From Candidatus Brocadiia bacterium (GTDB taxonomy: Bacteria; Planctomycetota; Brocadiia; SM23-32), in contig JBKHIT010000003.1 of NCBI GenBank assembly GCA_046538485.1, positions 107,871 through 171,870 of the forward strand: a stretch of DNA of 64,000 bases. The letters run 5' to 3'. Position 1 is the stretch's first letter. Each line of letters opens with the position of its first letter. The translations under genes and the position numbers were made by a program. The notes beneath the pieces were generated by a model that searched no databases, was not told where the DNA came from, and saw only the letters and a program-made list of their open reading frames with translations. Positions 11,101-19,298 of the stretch are shown one piece after another.

Positions 11101-11248
11101 TGGCCCGCTTCATAATGTGGAAACATGGCCACGATGGACCGGCCCCTCCCAGTTTATAACATCCGGAGATCAATGGTCCGAAGATTATAACCTTGTCCCA
11201 TGCGGTTGCTTCTCAATACCTCAAATCAGTTATCGAACGGTCGACTGA
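8174..11248 (+). CDS. Large glycoside hydrolase, GH106-like (alpha-L-rhamnosidase-type)
   Basis: PFWAWNG, GLGGFFMHSRVG, WMYDEDRWPSGAAGG, GIFTDEP, LSETYGCTGW motifs; C-terminal sugar-binding beta domain; AGGAG RBS before TTG. Confidence 0.8.
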   Translation: MSTKEVYQEFVSPNAQYRGKPFWAWNGVLDSEELRRQIRVMDEMGLGGFFMHSRVGLGTAYLSDEWFDMIKACVDEARKRDMEAWMYDEDRWPSGAAGGFVTKDERYRRRSLVVVPEHPDNVELGITPLTLFVARIEDGSLIEYQKYEKTEDLPADLEQPESYLSFYVKLDDPSSWYNNGTYLDTMNHEAVQRFIEVTHERYREEVGDEFGNHIPGIFTDEPNYGNIVQPFAIEGTKSWETAWTGSLPETFSKRYGYEIMDVLPEIFFTPEGEEISTTRWDYMDCVTFLFSDAFARQIGEWCEENNVMHTGHVLAEGTLRSQSSVVGSAMRFYEYMQAQGIDILTEHNYEYGTAKQCSSVQHQMGRRWVLSETYGCTGWDFSFEGHKAVGDWQAALGINLRCQHLSWYTMAGQAKRDYPASIHYQSPWWRYYSTVEDYFARLAVLTSRGQAVRPLLVVHPVESVWALAGAEWQDDERVKILDQQHDQLRQWLLEEHLDFDYGDEDMIARLGKVDAEEQSLCIGEANYQTVLVPPMLTIRSSTAEILSEFAEKGGKVVFCGQIPEYVDAAKPEGGELDFAGNCAQASFSRDPVVDSVAETRVVSITDENGKQCRDVLYLLHRDGSDYYLFICNTNREEGTGVLKIKIEAEGQVQAWNAETGERSDAGAEITEDGMEFSRALAPTGSAVFVITPDEEDLSEEKRASEVKSVPLPEDGWDMRVNEPNVYVLDRVWYRIEEGDWQGPAEVLKADNAIRDAIGLDSRGGKMVQPWAREETAEGPKGEVQLRAEFKVDEIPKGPIQVALEDPQRFSITLNGQSVSTEAECGWWVDRSIRVIPLDVAEVKEGTNTIELSGTYDDDAGLETMFLLGYFGVSLNGNEAVIKGLSHLDFGDWTQQDLPFYSGAIAYERSVPVQADSRKVFVKVPDFSGACARVLVDGEEAGVIGWQPAEVEITEYVQDTREIGLTIEVVSHRRNAFGPLHNVETWPRWTGPSQFITSGDQWSEDYNLVPCGCFSIPQISYRTVD

Positions 11249-11665
11249 TTCCCATCGTCGTGGGAGTGGCTATAATTTGCCTGGTTCATCCGTTTCGTTG
11301 GTGTCCAACGTCAGAATAACCAGCCACAACCGTCGCTACAACGGCGGCCGTGTGCCGCACCAAAACGTATCCTTCCTTTCGTGATTAATTTCGTAATTAT
11401 ATCCGCGCGATAGCCAGATTACTGCGGCGGCTACGCTGCTGCTTGACAACGACATTCGGGCGCCAGCTATGTTAACGCGCGGTAAACGGATACTCGTATA
11501 TTGCTAAAGGGGCTGAATCTGAGTCTTCTTGTATCTTTTTCGGGTTTCCCGAAGTGGATGCCTGGCATTTGTAACTGGCGCATCACGCCATTCCCCTTTA
11601 TTCTGTACATGCATAAACATAGAAATCATGAGAAAACGCCGGTTTCATCGGGAGAGTGCAAAATC

Positions 11666-14600
11666 ATGAACCATAAACTCAGAAGGCCCTTGAGTTTTTC
11701 TGTTTTCCTTGTTTTCACACTTGCGAACTGGGCTTGTGTTTTTGCGGGAGAAGCCGGCCAGATGAAGGAAAAGAGTGCGGCCGGTGAGGTATCATTTTCA
11801 TACGAGCTTAAAGAGTCCGGACGTGTTTCAGCAGCCGTCTACGATACCGAGGGACATTTGCTACGTGAATTGCTGCGCGCTGAAAAGCAAAAACCGGGGC
11901 AGCATATTATTTCCTGGGATGGGTTGGACCGTGAAGGTAATCCGCAGAAGCCTGGCGAATACCAGTGGCGGGTGCTCCGCACACCCGGTTTTAGAGCCGA
12001 ATACGTGACGAATTTGGGCATTAATCCGGATTCCGTTCCTTATGACAAATGGGTGGGCAATCATGGTGGACCGGCCTCGGTCGAGGTCGATTCGTCCGGA
12101 ATGTATATCGCAGCGACAGTGACAGAAACGGCCCCTGTGCTTTTGAAACAATCGCTCGGTGGTAAGGAGCGATTCTGGACGCGTGGCCGGGGCGATGTTA
12201 CGACGGGACGTTTCCAGGGCGGTGTTTCTCTGGCGAGCGATGGCGAAGGGACGCTCTATATGTTGCAGCAGAACGCCTACGTTCAGGTAATTGATGCAAA
12301 AAGTGGACACCGGCGTGGCACGTGGGATCTTCTGCCCGAGGACGATGAACGTCGCGAAGACGGCCGTCTGAAACATCGTCGTTACAAGCACGGGCAGGCG
12401 ATTTCTATGATAGACCTGGATGCGCGGGGGAGAACGGTGGTGATAAGCTACCACGACAGGGATAAAGTTTGCTGGGTGAGTCCTGATGACGGTTCGGTGC
12501 AATCGGAGGTGGCCATTGAGAATCCCTGGGGCGTTGAAGTGGGGTCGAATGACGAAGTTTTCGTGATTTCTTCAAAGAAGATAGTCAAAGTTGCGGCCTC
12601 CGGTGAACAGAGCGTGGTCGTTGCGGCCGGAATGATATCACCTCGGCGTCTTGCGATTGACCAAACGAGCGGAGATTTGTTGGTTTCTGAATTTGCCCCC
12701 ACGCATCAGGTGAAACGTTTTTCGCCGAAGGGCAAACTCCAGAGTACCTACGGGCGGAAGGGCGGACGGCAGGATGGGCTTTATGTTCCAACGGATTTCC
12801 TGCACATTACCTCGATCTGTTCTGACGGACAGGATGGCTTTGTTGTTACCGAGGAAAGAACCGCCCCGCGACGTGTGGCGCGTTTCAATGGAGAAGGACA
12901 GCTGGTGAAGGAGTGGTACGGCGGTCAACCTTACTATACCTGGGGAGAACCGGATACGCGCAATCCTCTCCGTGTCTGGTTTAATCCGGGATCATGGCTG
13001 ACTTTGGCCGAGATAGACGCTGAAACCAAAAAATGGCGGGTTCTTGAAAATTATCGCCAGAGCGAGCTTGGCGGTGGGCTTGTGCGGACGGTCACCGGAC
13101 ACCGCGGGCGCTGGCATGTGTTGTATCGTGGGGATCAGCGGTATCTGGTCAGCGAAGGGGTACCACACGTTCTATTGCACGAAAAAGGTGCGCTGCGGGC
13201 GGTCGCAGTGGTGAGCAATGATGCCAGGCAGGTGTCAGTTGCTGCGGAGATGGCTGGCTACGAAGAAAAAGCGCGGTCATTTCGATGGCTCGATAAAAAC
13301 AGGGACGGAACGCCTCAAGGTGAGGAGTTTACGTTCTCGCCCGAAAGGCATGTGCCACGCGGACGTTGGGTTTCCGACAAGTTTGAAATTGTCGGTTTCG
13401 CTTCCGGGCGCGGGGAAGATGGCGCATTTGTCCGAGTCACCAGCACGCATCCAAAATGGACACAACGCGGGCCTGTCTACCCGATCGGGAATGAGGATGG
13501 TGTCAACAACACCGCCGGGGAAATGGAGGTTCCCAGCCCCGCAACGACAGGCGGAACACGGGGAGCGTGTGCTTTTCGCGACCGTAAGGGGGACTATTAC
13601 GCTATTTACAATACCAGCAGTGACAGGCACGGGACTACCTGGCCTACCGAATGGGGAGGGCGAAGCCGGGTTGTCAGGTGGGATTCAAAGGGAAACAAGC
13701 AATGGGAGGTCGGTCGGCATGCAATCCATGGCGGGCTCGGGAGTCGGCCTCACACGACCCCGCCGGGATACCTGCACGTGCCCGCGGCAATGATCGGAGA
13801 AATCCGCAATACGGTCGTAATGACCGATCGAGTCGAATGGATGGGATTAGTGTGGACGAAAGACGGATTATGCTGCGGCGATGTGCTGGATGGGCGCGTT
13901 GAAGACGGGTTGCCGGAGATTTGTTATTACTGGTGGCGGACGCCCAGCGGCAAAGAAGCGATCATTACCAGTGACAATGCGACCGGTGGAGCTATTGTTG
14001 AAAACGATGATGGGTCCGTATACTTTTTCACTCAGGGCCGCAACAGTGTGCCCGTTTACAAAATACACGGATGGGAGGACTGGAAACGTTTCAATGGGAA
14101 GATCGAACTCAAAGCCGAACCGCTTTACGCACGCGGAGAGGGCAAAGGACTTACCGCGCGGTATTATCGCATAAAGAGCGAAGGCGGTTCCGAAGAAATA
14201 ACGGAGTTATTCGAATCTGGCGGGACTGATTTTGATGAACCGAATGTTGTCCGTGTCGATCGCCAGGTCTGGCATGGGGTCCCGCGTCATAACCCTGGAA
14301 ACCATACGATTATCGACGGTTTTCGTGGTGGGCCAGCCTATGATTGGTCAGAAGGTGTGAAACTTCTGAAGAAGGCCGAAGGGGGACAGCTGGGACTCAA
14401 TGCTATGGCAAAGCCGTCGCGGGCTTTCGGGGTGCGGTGGACAGGGGAAATCGAATCCCCGCTGACTGAAATCTTCGTTTTTTCAGTCTATCACCGCGGG
14501 CGCGTCAGGCTCTGGATCGATGGGCAACAGAAAATATTTGGCTGGAACGAGAGCCGGCAGCGTCGGGAAAGTGGTACGATCGAGCTGAGAGCGGGAAAGC

Positions 14601-15148
14601 GCTACAGCATCCAGCTCGATTTCAAATCCGAGCAGTTGTATCCCGCGTGCAGTTTGAACTGGGAATCATCAAGTATAGATCGGCGGCGTATCCCGCAGAA
14701 ATATCTTTATCCCGCTGAAATAGAAGTCGCAGATAAACCGGACGTGCGCGATGCCAGGACCAGAATCCCTGCGTTTACTTTCGATGAGACAAATATAGAG
14801 ACTGACGATCGGCGAAATTATACCCGGGGTCTGCGACAGCGGGGGATCGGTACGTCGGGGGCATACCTCGGTTTCAAGCGAATCGATTTTGGAGAAGGGA
14901 GTACCAAATTGAAAGCGATGGCGAGGGGTAATCCAGCGGGGCGGAACAAATTCGACGTTAGTTTCACGTTCAAAATAGATAATCTCGATGGATCTGCGAT
15001 TGCGAAAGTGAGCATGAGGGACGGCAAAATGCGGGAGCGGCCGGTTGAACTGAAAAAAAAGATCTCGGGGATTCACGATGTTTACGTGGTAAACACGAGC
15101 CCGAAGAGATGGCATTTTATCGGGTTGAAATATTTTGTTTTCAAATAA
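11666..15148 (+). CDS. Large secreted multidomain protein: FlgD-like Ig, NHL-like beta-propeller, PA14, C-terminal CBM6-like
   Basis: Signal peptide; VSAAVYDTEGHLLREL...WDGLDREG (FlgD-like); FGVRWTGEIESP...RVRLWIDG...GKRYSIQLDF (PA14); YLGFKRIDFGEG...SGIHDVYVV (CBM6-like). Confidence 0.7.
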   Translation: MNHKLRRPLSFSVFLVFTLANWACVFAGEAGQMKEKSAAGEVSFSYELKESGRVSAAVYDTEGHLLRELLRAEKQKPGQHIISWDGLDREGNPQKPGEYQWRVLRTPGFRAEYVTNLGINPDSVPYDKWVGNHGGPASVEVDSSGMYIAATVTETAPVLLKQSLGGKERFWTRGRGDVTTGRFQGGVSLASDGEGTLYMLQQNAYVQVIDAKSGHRRGTWDLLPEDDERREDGRLKHRRYKHGQAISMIDLDARGRTVVISYHDRDKVCWVSPDDGSVQSEVAIENPWGVEVGSNDEVFVISSKKIVKVAASGEQSVVVAAGMISPRRLAIDQTSGDLLVSEFAPTHQVKRFSPKGKLQSTYGRKGGRQDGLYVPTDFLHITSICSDGQDGFVVTEERTAPRRVARFNGEGQLVKEWYGGQPYYTWGEPDTRNPLRVWFNPGSWLTLAEIDAETKKWRVLENYRQSELGGGLVRTVTGHRGRWHVLYRGDQRYLVSEGVPHVLLHEKGALRAVAVVSNDARQVSVAAEMAGYEEKARSFRWLDKNRDGTPQGEEFTFSPERHVPRGRWVSDKFEIVGFASGRGEDGAFVRVTSTHPKWTQRGPVYPIGNEDGVNNTAGEMEVPSPATTGGTRGACAFRDRKGDYYAIYNTSSDRHGTTWPTEWGGRSRVVRWDSKGNKQWEVGRHAIHGGLGSRPHTTPPGYLHVPAAMIGEIRNTVVMTDRVEWMGLVWTKDGLCCGDVLDGRVEDGLPEICYYWWRTPSGKEAIITSDNATGGAIVENDDGSVYFFTQGRNSVPVYKIHGWEDWKRFNGKIELKAEPLYARGEGKGLTARYYRIKSEGGSEEITELFESGGTDFDEPNVVRVDRQVWHGVPRHNPGNHTIIDGFRGGPAYDWSEGVKLLKKAEGGQLGLNAMAKPSRAFGVRWTGEIESPLTEIFVFSVYHRGRVRLWIDGQQKIFGWNESRQRRESGTIELRAGKRYSIQLDFKSEQLYPACSLNWESSSIDRRRIPQKYLYPAEIEVADKPDVRDARTRIPAFTFDETNIETDDRRNYTRGLRQRGIGTSGAYLGFKRIDFGEGSTKLKAMARGNPAGRNKFDVSFTFKIDNLDGSAIAKVSMRDGKMRERPVELKKKISGIHDVYVVNTSPKRWHFIGLKYFVFK

Positions 15149-15224
15149 CCGGATCGAATTCGTAGAGTTTGGGTACGGTTGGCCACTTTCGAGCGGGACT
15201 TACAAAATGGCATTACGACGTTCC

Positions 15225-16580
15225 TTAATTCCCGGGTTCGGCCGTACTGGAAGACTTTTCACTTTCGAAGTTTTTCCAGTCATCTTCGATCTTTTCCGCT
15301 TCAATGGGAGTGCCGCCGTAATGGAAGGTCTCCCCGTGTCCCGCAACGACCCTGACATCACGTTCTTCACTGCGTGCGCGAATATGACCGGCAAGAACTT
15401 TCACGGTGATGGTATGGTCTTCATCGACGGTGACCTCCGCTTTGCCCGAGAGTAAATTCAAGCGAGCGGCTTTTGAGCGGATCTGAAGCTCTGATCGCCC
15501 GGGGACGGTCGCGAGCAGTTTGCCGCTGTAGACGCTTACAGAACCCGCACTATGGATTTGCAGTTTGGATTGGCCAGCAAGGCGGACGGTTTTTTCCCCG
15601 AGCTTAATGCGTGCAAGACTACTTTCTATCGTGCGGGATACCATTCCGTGTCGAAGCTGCGCTGATTCACCAGCCGAAAGTGATTTATCGCCCAATTTCA
15701 GCGTTCCATCGATGGCCTCGATCGTTCCGATTGGCCAGAACAGAAAATAGCCTGCAATGAGTACGACCACCAGCGCTATTGTCCCGGCGAACTTGGCGAA
15801 GTTCAGAAAAGCTTTCCGGGTGGGAGCGGCAGCCAGCGCGCCCAGGTCATACAGCAGAATAAGCGGGACCGCCATCATGATTTGTGTGAAGGGATCAGGC
15901 GGAGTGAAGACGGCGGCGAGGACGAAACCGAGGAGAATAGCGGTTTTACGGTGTTTTTGGACCGTTTCGATGGAAATGATGTTCCACTGAACAAGGTGAT
16001 ACATAATAAGGGGAGTCTGAAATACAATGCCCAGGACCAGAGTCATCAGGACGATAAGCGAGAGGTAGGGGCCGATCATCAACATCGGTTGAGTGGTCGC
16101 ACCTGATAGCGTGAGGAGAAAACGCAGTGCGTAGGGGATAAAAACGAAATACCCGAAGGCTATCCCAATGATAAAACATAGCAGGGAGATAGCGCCCAAT
16201 CGCAGTAGAACGGAGCGCTCTTTTTTGTAAAGCCCGGGAGCGACGAAGGCCCACATCTGATAAAGCCAGAAAGGAGCGGCCAGAATCGCGGCGATCAGAA
16301 GAGACGCTTTCATATATGCAAGGACATCTTCGAGATAACCCTGGTACTTTAAGCGGGTATCGATATGATGGGCCTGTGTGGCGAGAATATGCGGCCGGAT
16401 CAAAATCTGTCGGATGCGATGGCGGAAAAACCAGGCTAAGATGAAAGCCACTGCAAGGACTGCGAGGCATCTCAAAATTCTCGTTCGGAGTTCTTCCAGG
16501 TGGTCTCCGAGCGGCATTTCCAGTTCGCCTGTCTCGCTCTTGGGTGAATCGGTGTTCACCAGCAATCCGTTTCCTGCCAA
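15225..16580 (-). CDS. tatC: Twin-arginine translocase TatC with an extra TM helix and a C-terminal FecR-like domain
   Basis: EMPLGDHLEELRTRI, YQMWAFVAPGLYKKER, FQTP, AAVFTPPDPFTQIMMAVPLILLY; about 170-aa beta-rich extension. Confidence 0.9.
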   Translation of the reverse strand: MAGNGLLVNTDSPKSETGELEMPLGDHLEELRTRILRCLAVLAVAFILAWFFRHRIRQILIRPHILATQAHHIDTRLKYQGYLEDVLAYMKASLLIAAILAAPFWLYQMWAFVAPGLYKKERSVLLRLGAISLLCFIIGIAFGYFVFIPYALRFLLTLSGATTQPMLMIGPYLSLIVLMTLVLGIVFQTPLIMYHLVQWNIISIETVQKHRKTAILLGFVLAAVFTPPDPFTQIMMAVPLILLYDLGALAAAPTRKAFLNFAKFAGTIALVVVLIAGYFLFWPIGTIEAIDGTLKLGDKSLSAGESAQLRHGMVSRTIESSLARIKLGEKTVRLAGQSKLQIHSAGSVSVYSGKLLATVPGRSELQIRSKAARLNLLSGKAEVTVDEDHTITVKVLAGHIRARSEERDVRVVAGHGETFHYGGTPIEAEKIEDDWKNFESEKSSSTAEPGN

Positions 16581-16620
16581 GAAAGATTCGGGTGGGGAAT
16601 TTCAGGAAGAGGTCCGGTCT

Positions 16621-18096
16621 TCAATATTCTTTTCGCATTCGAGATGACGGAATATTCAGGTTCTTCCGGTATTTGGAGATAGTACGGCGAGCGATATCAA
16701 TGCCTTCTTCGTTCAGTTTATCCGCGATGTCCTGGTCGCTGAGGGGATTGCTCTTATCTTCGTTTTCAACAATATTGAGGAGTTTTTTCTTGACGACTTC
16801 CCACGACTCCATTTCTCCATTATCTTTCTCTACTCCTCCTGTAAAGAAATGCTTGAGAGAATAGATTCCCTGGGGAGTTTGCGCATATTTATCGGAAATT
16901 GCCCGGCTGACGGTTGAAACATGGACGCCCACGCGGTCTGCGACTTCCTGCATTTTCAGCGGTTTCAGGTGCATTTCTCCTTTTTCAAAGAATTCTTTCT
17001 GAGCATTAACGATATCCTCAGTCACATTTTGAACGGTGGCTCGACGTTGCTCAATAGCAGAGATCAATCCTTGGGCGCTTTGAAGCTTTTTCTTCAGATA
17101 CTCACGCGTCTTTTCATCGAGATCTTTTTGGCGCAGCCTGCGGGCGTAGTATGCGCAGATGCTCAGCGATGGAAGCCAGCTATCTTCCTGGATTACTTCG
17201 AATTTCCCATCTCGTTCAACGATGCGAATTTCAGGTGTGACGTGGGGGGTAATGGGTTTTTGGAAGAGGGATCCTGGAATGGGGTTTAGTTTACTGATAG
17301 ATTCAACAGCTTCTTTCAGCTTTTCAATGGAGCAGCCGACAGCTCGGGCAACCTTAGGATAGCGATTTTGGAGGATGTCGTCGAAATGATCGGTGATGAT
17401 TTTTTTCAGAAGGTCATAATTCGGATCTCTCTTATCCAGTTGCAACAGCAGGCATTCTTCCGTATTACGGGCGGCAACGCCGGGTGGCTCAAAGCTCTGC
17501 ACCAGTTTGAGTGCATCCTCGGCCTGCTCGAGCGTAACGTTATTATCCATCGACGCCACAATCTCTTCCAGAGGATGTGCGAGATAACCTCTGTCGTCGA
17601 GGTTGGCAACGATATTTTCGCCGATCGCGCGCATATCTTCGTCAAGGTCATGGTATGCCAGCTGGCTGTTGAGATGATCTTCGAGAGACGGGTCCGGGGC
17701 AGGGGAGTTTTCGAATGCTTCCTGTTTATCGCCTTTGGTATTGGGCGAGTAGCTCCCTGATGAGGTTGCGGAGGCTGAACGTTCGTAATATGAGGCCAAA
17801 TCGTCAAAACGATCAAAATCGTCGGCTTGCTCTTCTTCGTTGGCGCTGACCTCGTCGAGCTTTTCTTCCTCTGCTGGCTCTTCGACCTCTGAGTTTTCGA
17901 GGGATTTTGTTTTTGCATCCTCTTCTTTATCTTCAGAGATGGTTTGCTCCAACATGGGGTTTTCCTGCAGTTCTTCATCGATTCGGTGTTTCAACTCAAT
18001 CAGGGGCAACTGCAGTATTTCTATCGACTGGATTACCTGTGGAGCCAGCCGCATACGCATTTCCTGTCGCGCCTGCAGGCTGGCTTCCATTCTCAT
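16621..18096 (-). CDS. rpoN: RNA polymerase sigma-54 factor
   Basis: QSIEILQLP region I, NLDDRGYL, LKPLKMQEVA...HVSTVSRA, RpoN box ARRTISKYR. Confidence 0.97.
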   Translation of the reverse strand: MRMEASLQARQEMRMRLAPQVIQSIEILQLPLIELKHRIDEELQENPMLEQTISEDKEEDAKTKSLENSEVEEPAEEEKLDEVSANEEEQADDFDRFDDLASYYERSASATSSGSYSPNTKGDKQEAFENSPAPDPSLEDHLNSQLAYHDLDEDMRAIGENIVANLDDRGYLAHPLEEIVASMDNNVTLEQAEDALKLVQSFEPPGVAARNTEECLLLQLDKRDPNYDLLKKIITDHFDDILQNRYPKVARAVGCSIEKLKEAVESISKLNPIPGSLFQKPITPHVTPEIRIVERDGKFEVIQEDSWLPSLSICAYYARRLRQKDLDEKTREYLKKKLQSAQGLISAIEQRRATVQNVTEDIVNAQKEFFEKGEMHLKPLKMQEVADRVGVHVSTVSRAISDKYAQTPQGIYSLKHFFTGGVEKDNGEMESWEVVKKKLLNIVENEDKSNPLSDQDIADKLNEEGIDIARRTISKYRKNLNIPSSRMRKEY

Positions 18097-18126
18097 GGAT
18101 TTATTACCTTTCTTCGATTAAAAGGC

Positions 18127-18747
18127 CTATTCGGTCTCTGATTGTTCGATTTCACGTCGCCCTTGCAACGCTTCGGTGACAATTGCCGAATCGGCGTACT
18201 CGAGGTGGCTGCCGCTGGGAAGTCCTTTGGCAATGCGCGTGATTTTCACATCGATGTTCTCGAGAGCCTTGCGCACGAATTCGGCGGTTACATCTCCTTC
18301 CATATCGGGATTGGTGGCAAGGATGATTTCTTCACTTTGTTCATCGGCTGCTCTCCGCAGCAGATCATCAATCGTCAGATCTTCAGGCTCAATACCATCA
18401 AGAGGTGCCAGGCGGCCGCCGAGAACATGGTAAAGCCCCCTGTATCCGCCGCTTTCTTCAATCGCTGCTGCGTCCTGAGAACTTTCGACCACACAAATTG
18501 TGCTGGGGTCTCGACGTTCATCGGAGCATATGTGACACGGGTCGCTTTCCGATAGCAAATGGCAAATCGAACATTGCCTGATACTCTTTTTGACAGTTTC
18601 GATTGCCCGGGCAAGCTCAAGAGCTTCATCATTGCTGAGACGCACGATATGATAAGCCAGCCGCTCGGCCGTTTTCTCCCCGACTCCTGGCAGACCGGTC
18701 AACCGTTCTACCAACCGGGAAATAGATTCGGCACCTCCCTTGTTCAT
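18127..18747 (-). CDS. recR: Recombination mediator RecR
   Basis: LPGVGEKTAERLAYH, C4 zinc finger, ICVVE, YHVLGG, ILATNPDMEGD toprim motif. Confidence 0.97.
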   Translation of the reverse strand: MNKGGAESISRLVERLTGLPGVGEKTAERLAYHIVRLSNDEALELARAIETVKKSIRQCSICHLLSESDPCHICSDERRDPSTICVVESSQDAAAIEESGGYRGLYHVLGGRLAPLDGIEPEDLTIDDLLRRAADEQSEEIILATNPDMEGDVTAEFVRKALENIDVKITRIAKGLPSGSHLEYADSAIVTEALQGRREIEQSETE

Positions 18748-18815
18748 AGTCGGTCCTCTCCTGCTTTCCGGATGCCAGAATTATTGTACCAGCTGAGCTG
18801 TATTTTTGCCAATTT

Positions 18816-19166
18816 TTAGAGCAAGTTTTCGATTCCCGGCAACGGGATTCCCTGGGTCAATTTGCTTTTTTCTTCCTCTTCAATGTCGGCGGCTTTTTTC
18901 AAGCCCTGCCTTACGGCAGCGAGGATCATCTCCTGGAGGAATTCCGGGTCTTCTTCCTCCAGAATGGTCGGTTCTATCTTGACATCAAGGGGCTCTTGAA
19001 GCCCGTTGAAAAGCACCTTCACCATACCTCCGCCGGCACTTCCCTCGACCACCCGCTCTTTGAGCGTTTCATCGAGTTCATCCATCTGTTTCTGCAATTC
19101 TTTTACCTGATTCTGAGCTTGTTTCATGATACGACCCATGTCGCCCAGACCGCCTAAACCTTTCAT
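18816..19166 (-). CDS. ybaB: YbaB/EbfC nucleoid-associated protein
   Basis: MKQAQ...VEGSAGGGMVKV...LQEMILAAV; canonical position between dnaX and recR. Confidence 0.92.
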   Translation of the reverse strand: MKGLGGLGDMGRIMKQAQNQVKELQKQMDELDETLKERVVEGSAGGGMVKVLFNGLQEPLDVKIEPTILEEEDPEFLQEMILAAVRQGLKKAADIEEEEKSKLTQGIPLPGIENLL

Positions 19167-19298
19167 TACCTGGCTCCTGAAATAAATTATCGCTTGTAGA
19201 GTTCTTCTTTATCCACTAAAACCACCCGGTCCCGTTTGCATCATCTTTGTCGAGAGATTTTTGCACGGATAGCGATTTGCGTGTGAAAATAAAACAGT

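Noticed and set aside
11501..11665. Extended N-termini in the ORF track (also for dnaX, ilvE, mtaB and the glutamine amidotransferase)
   Set aside because: Upstream extensions lack family-like sequence; downstream starts fit RBS position and family N-termini better.
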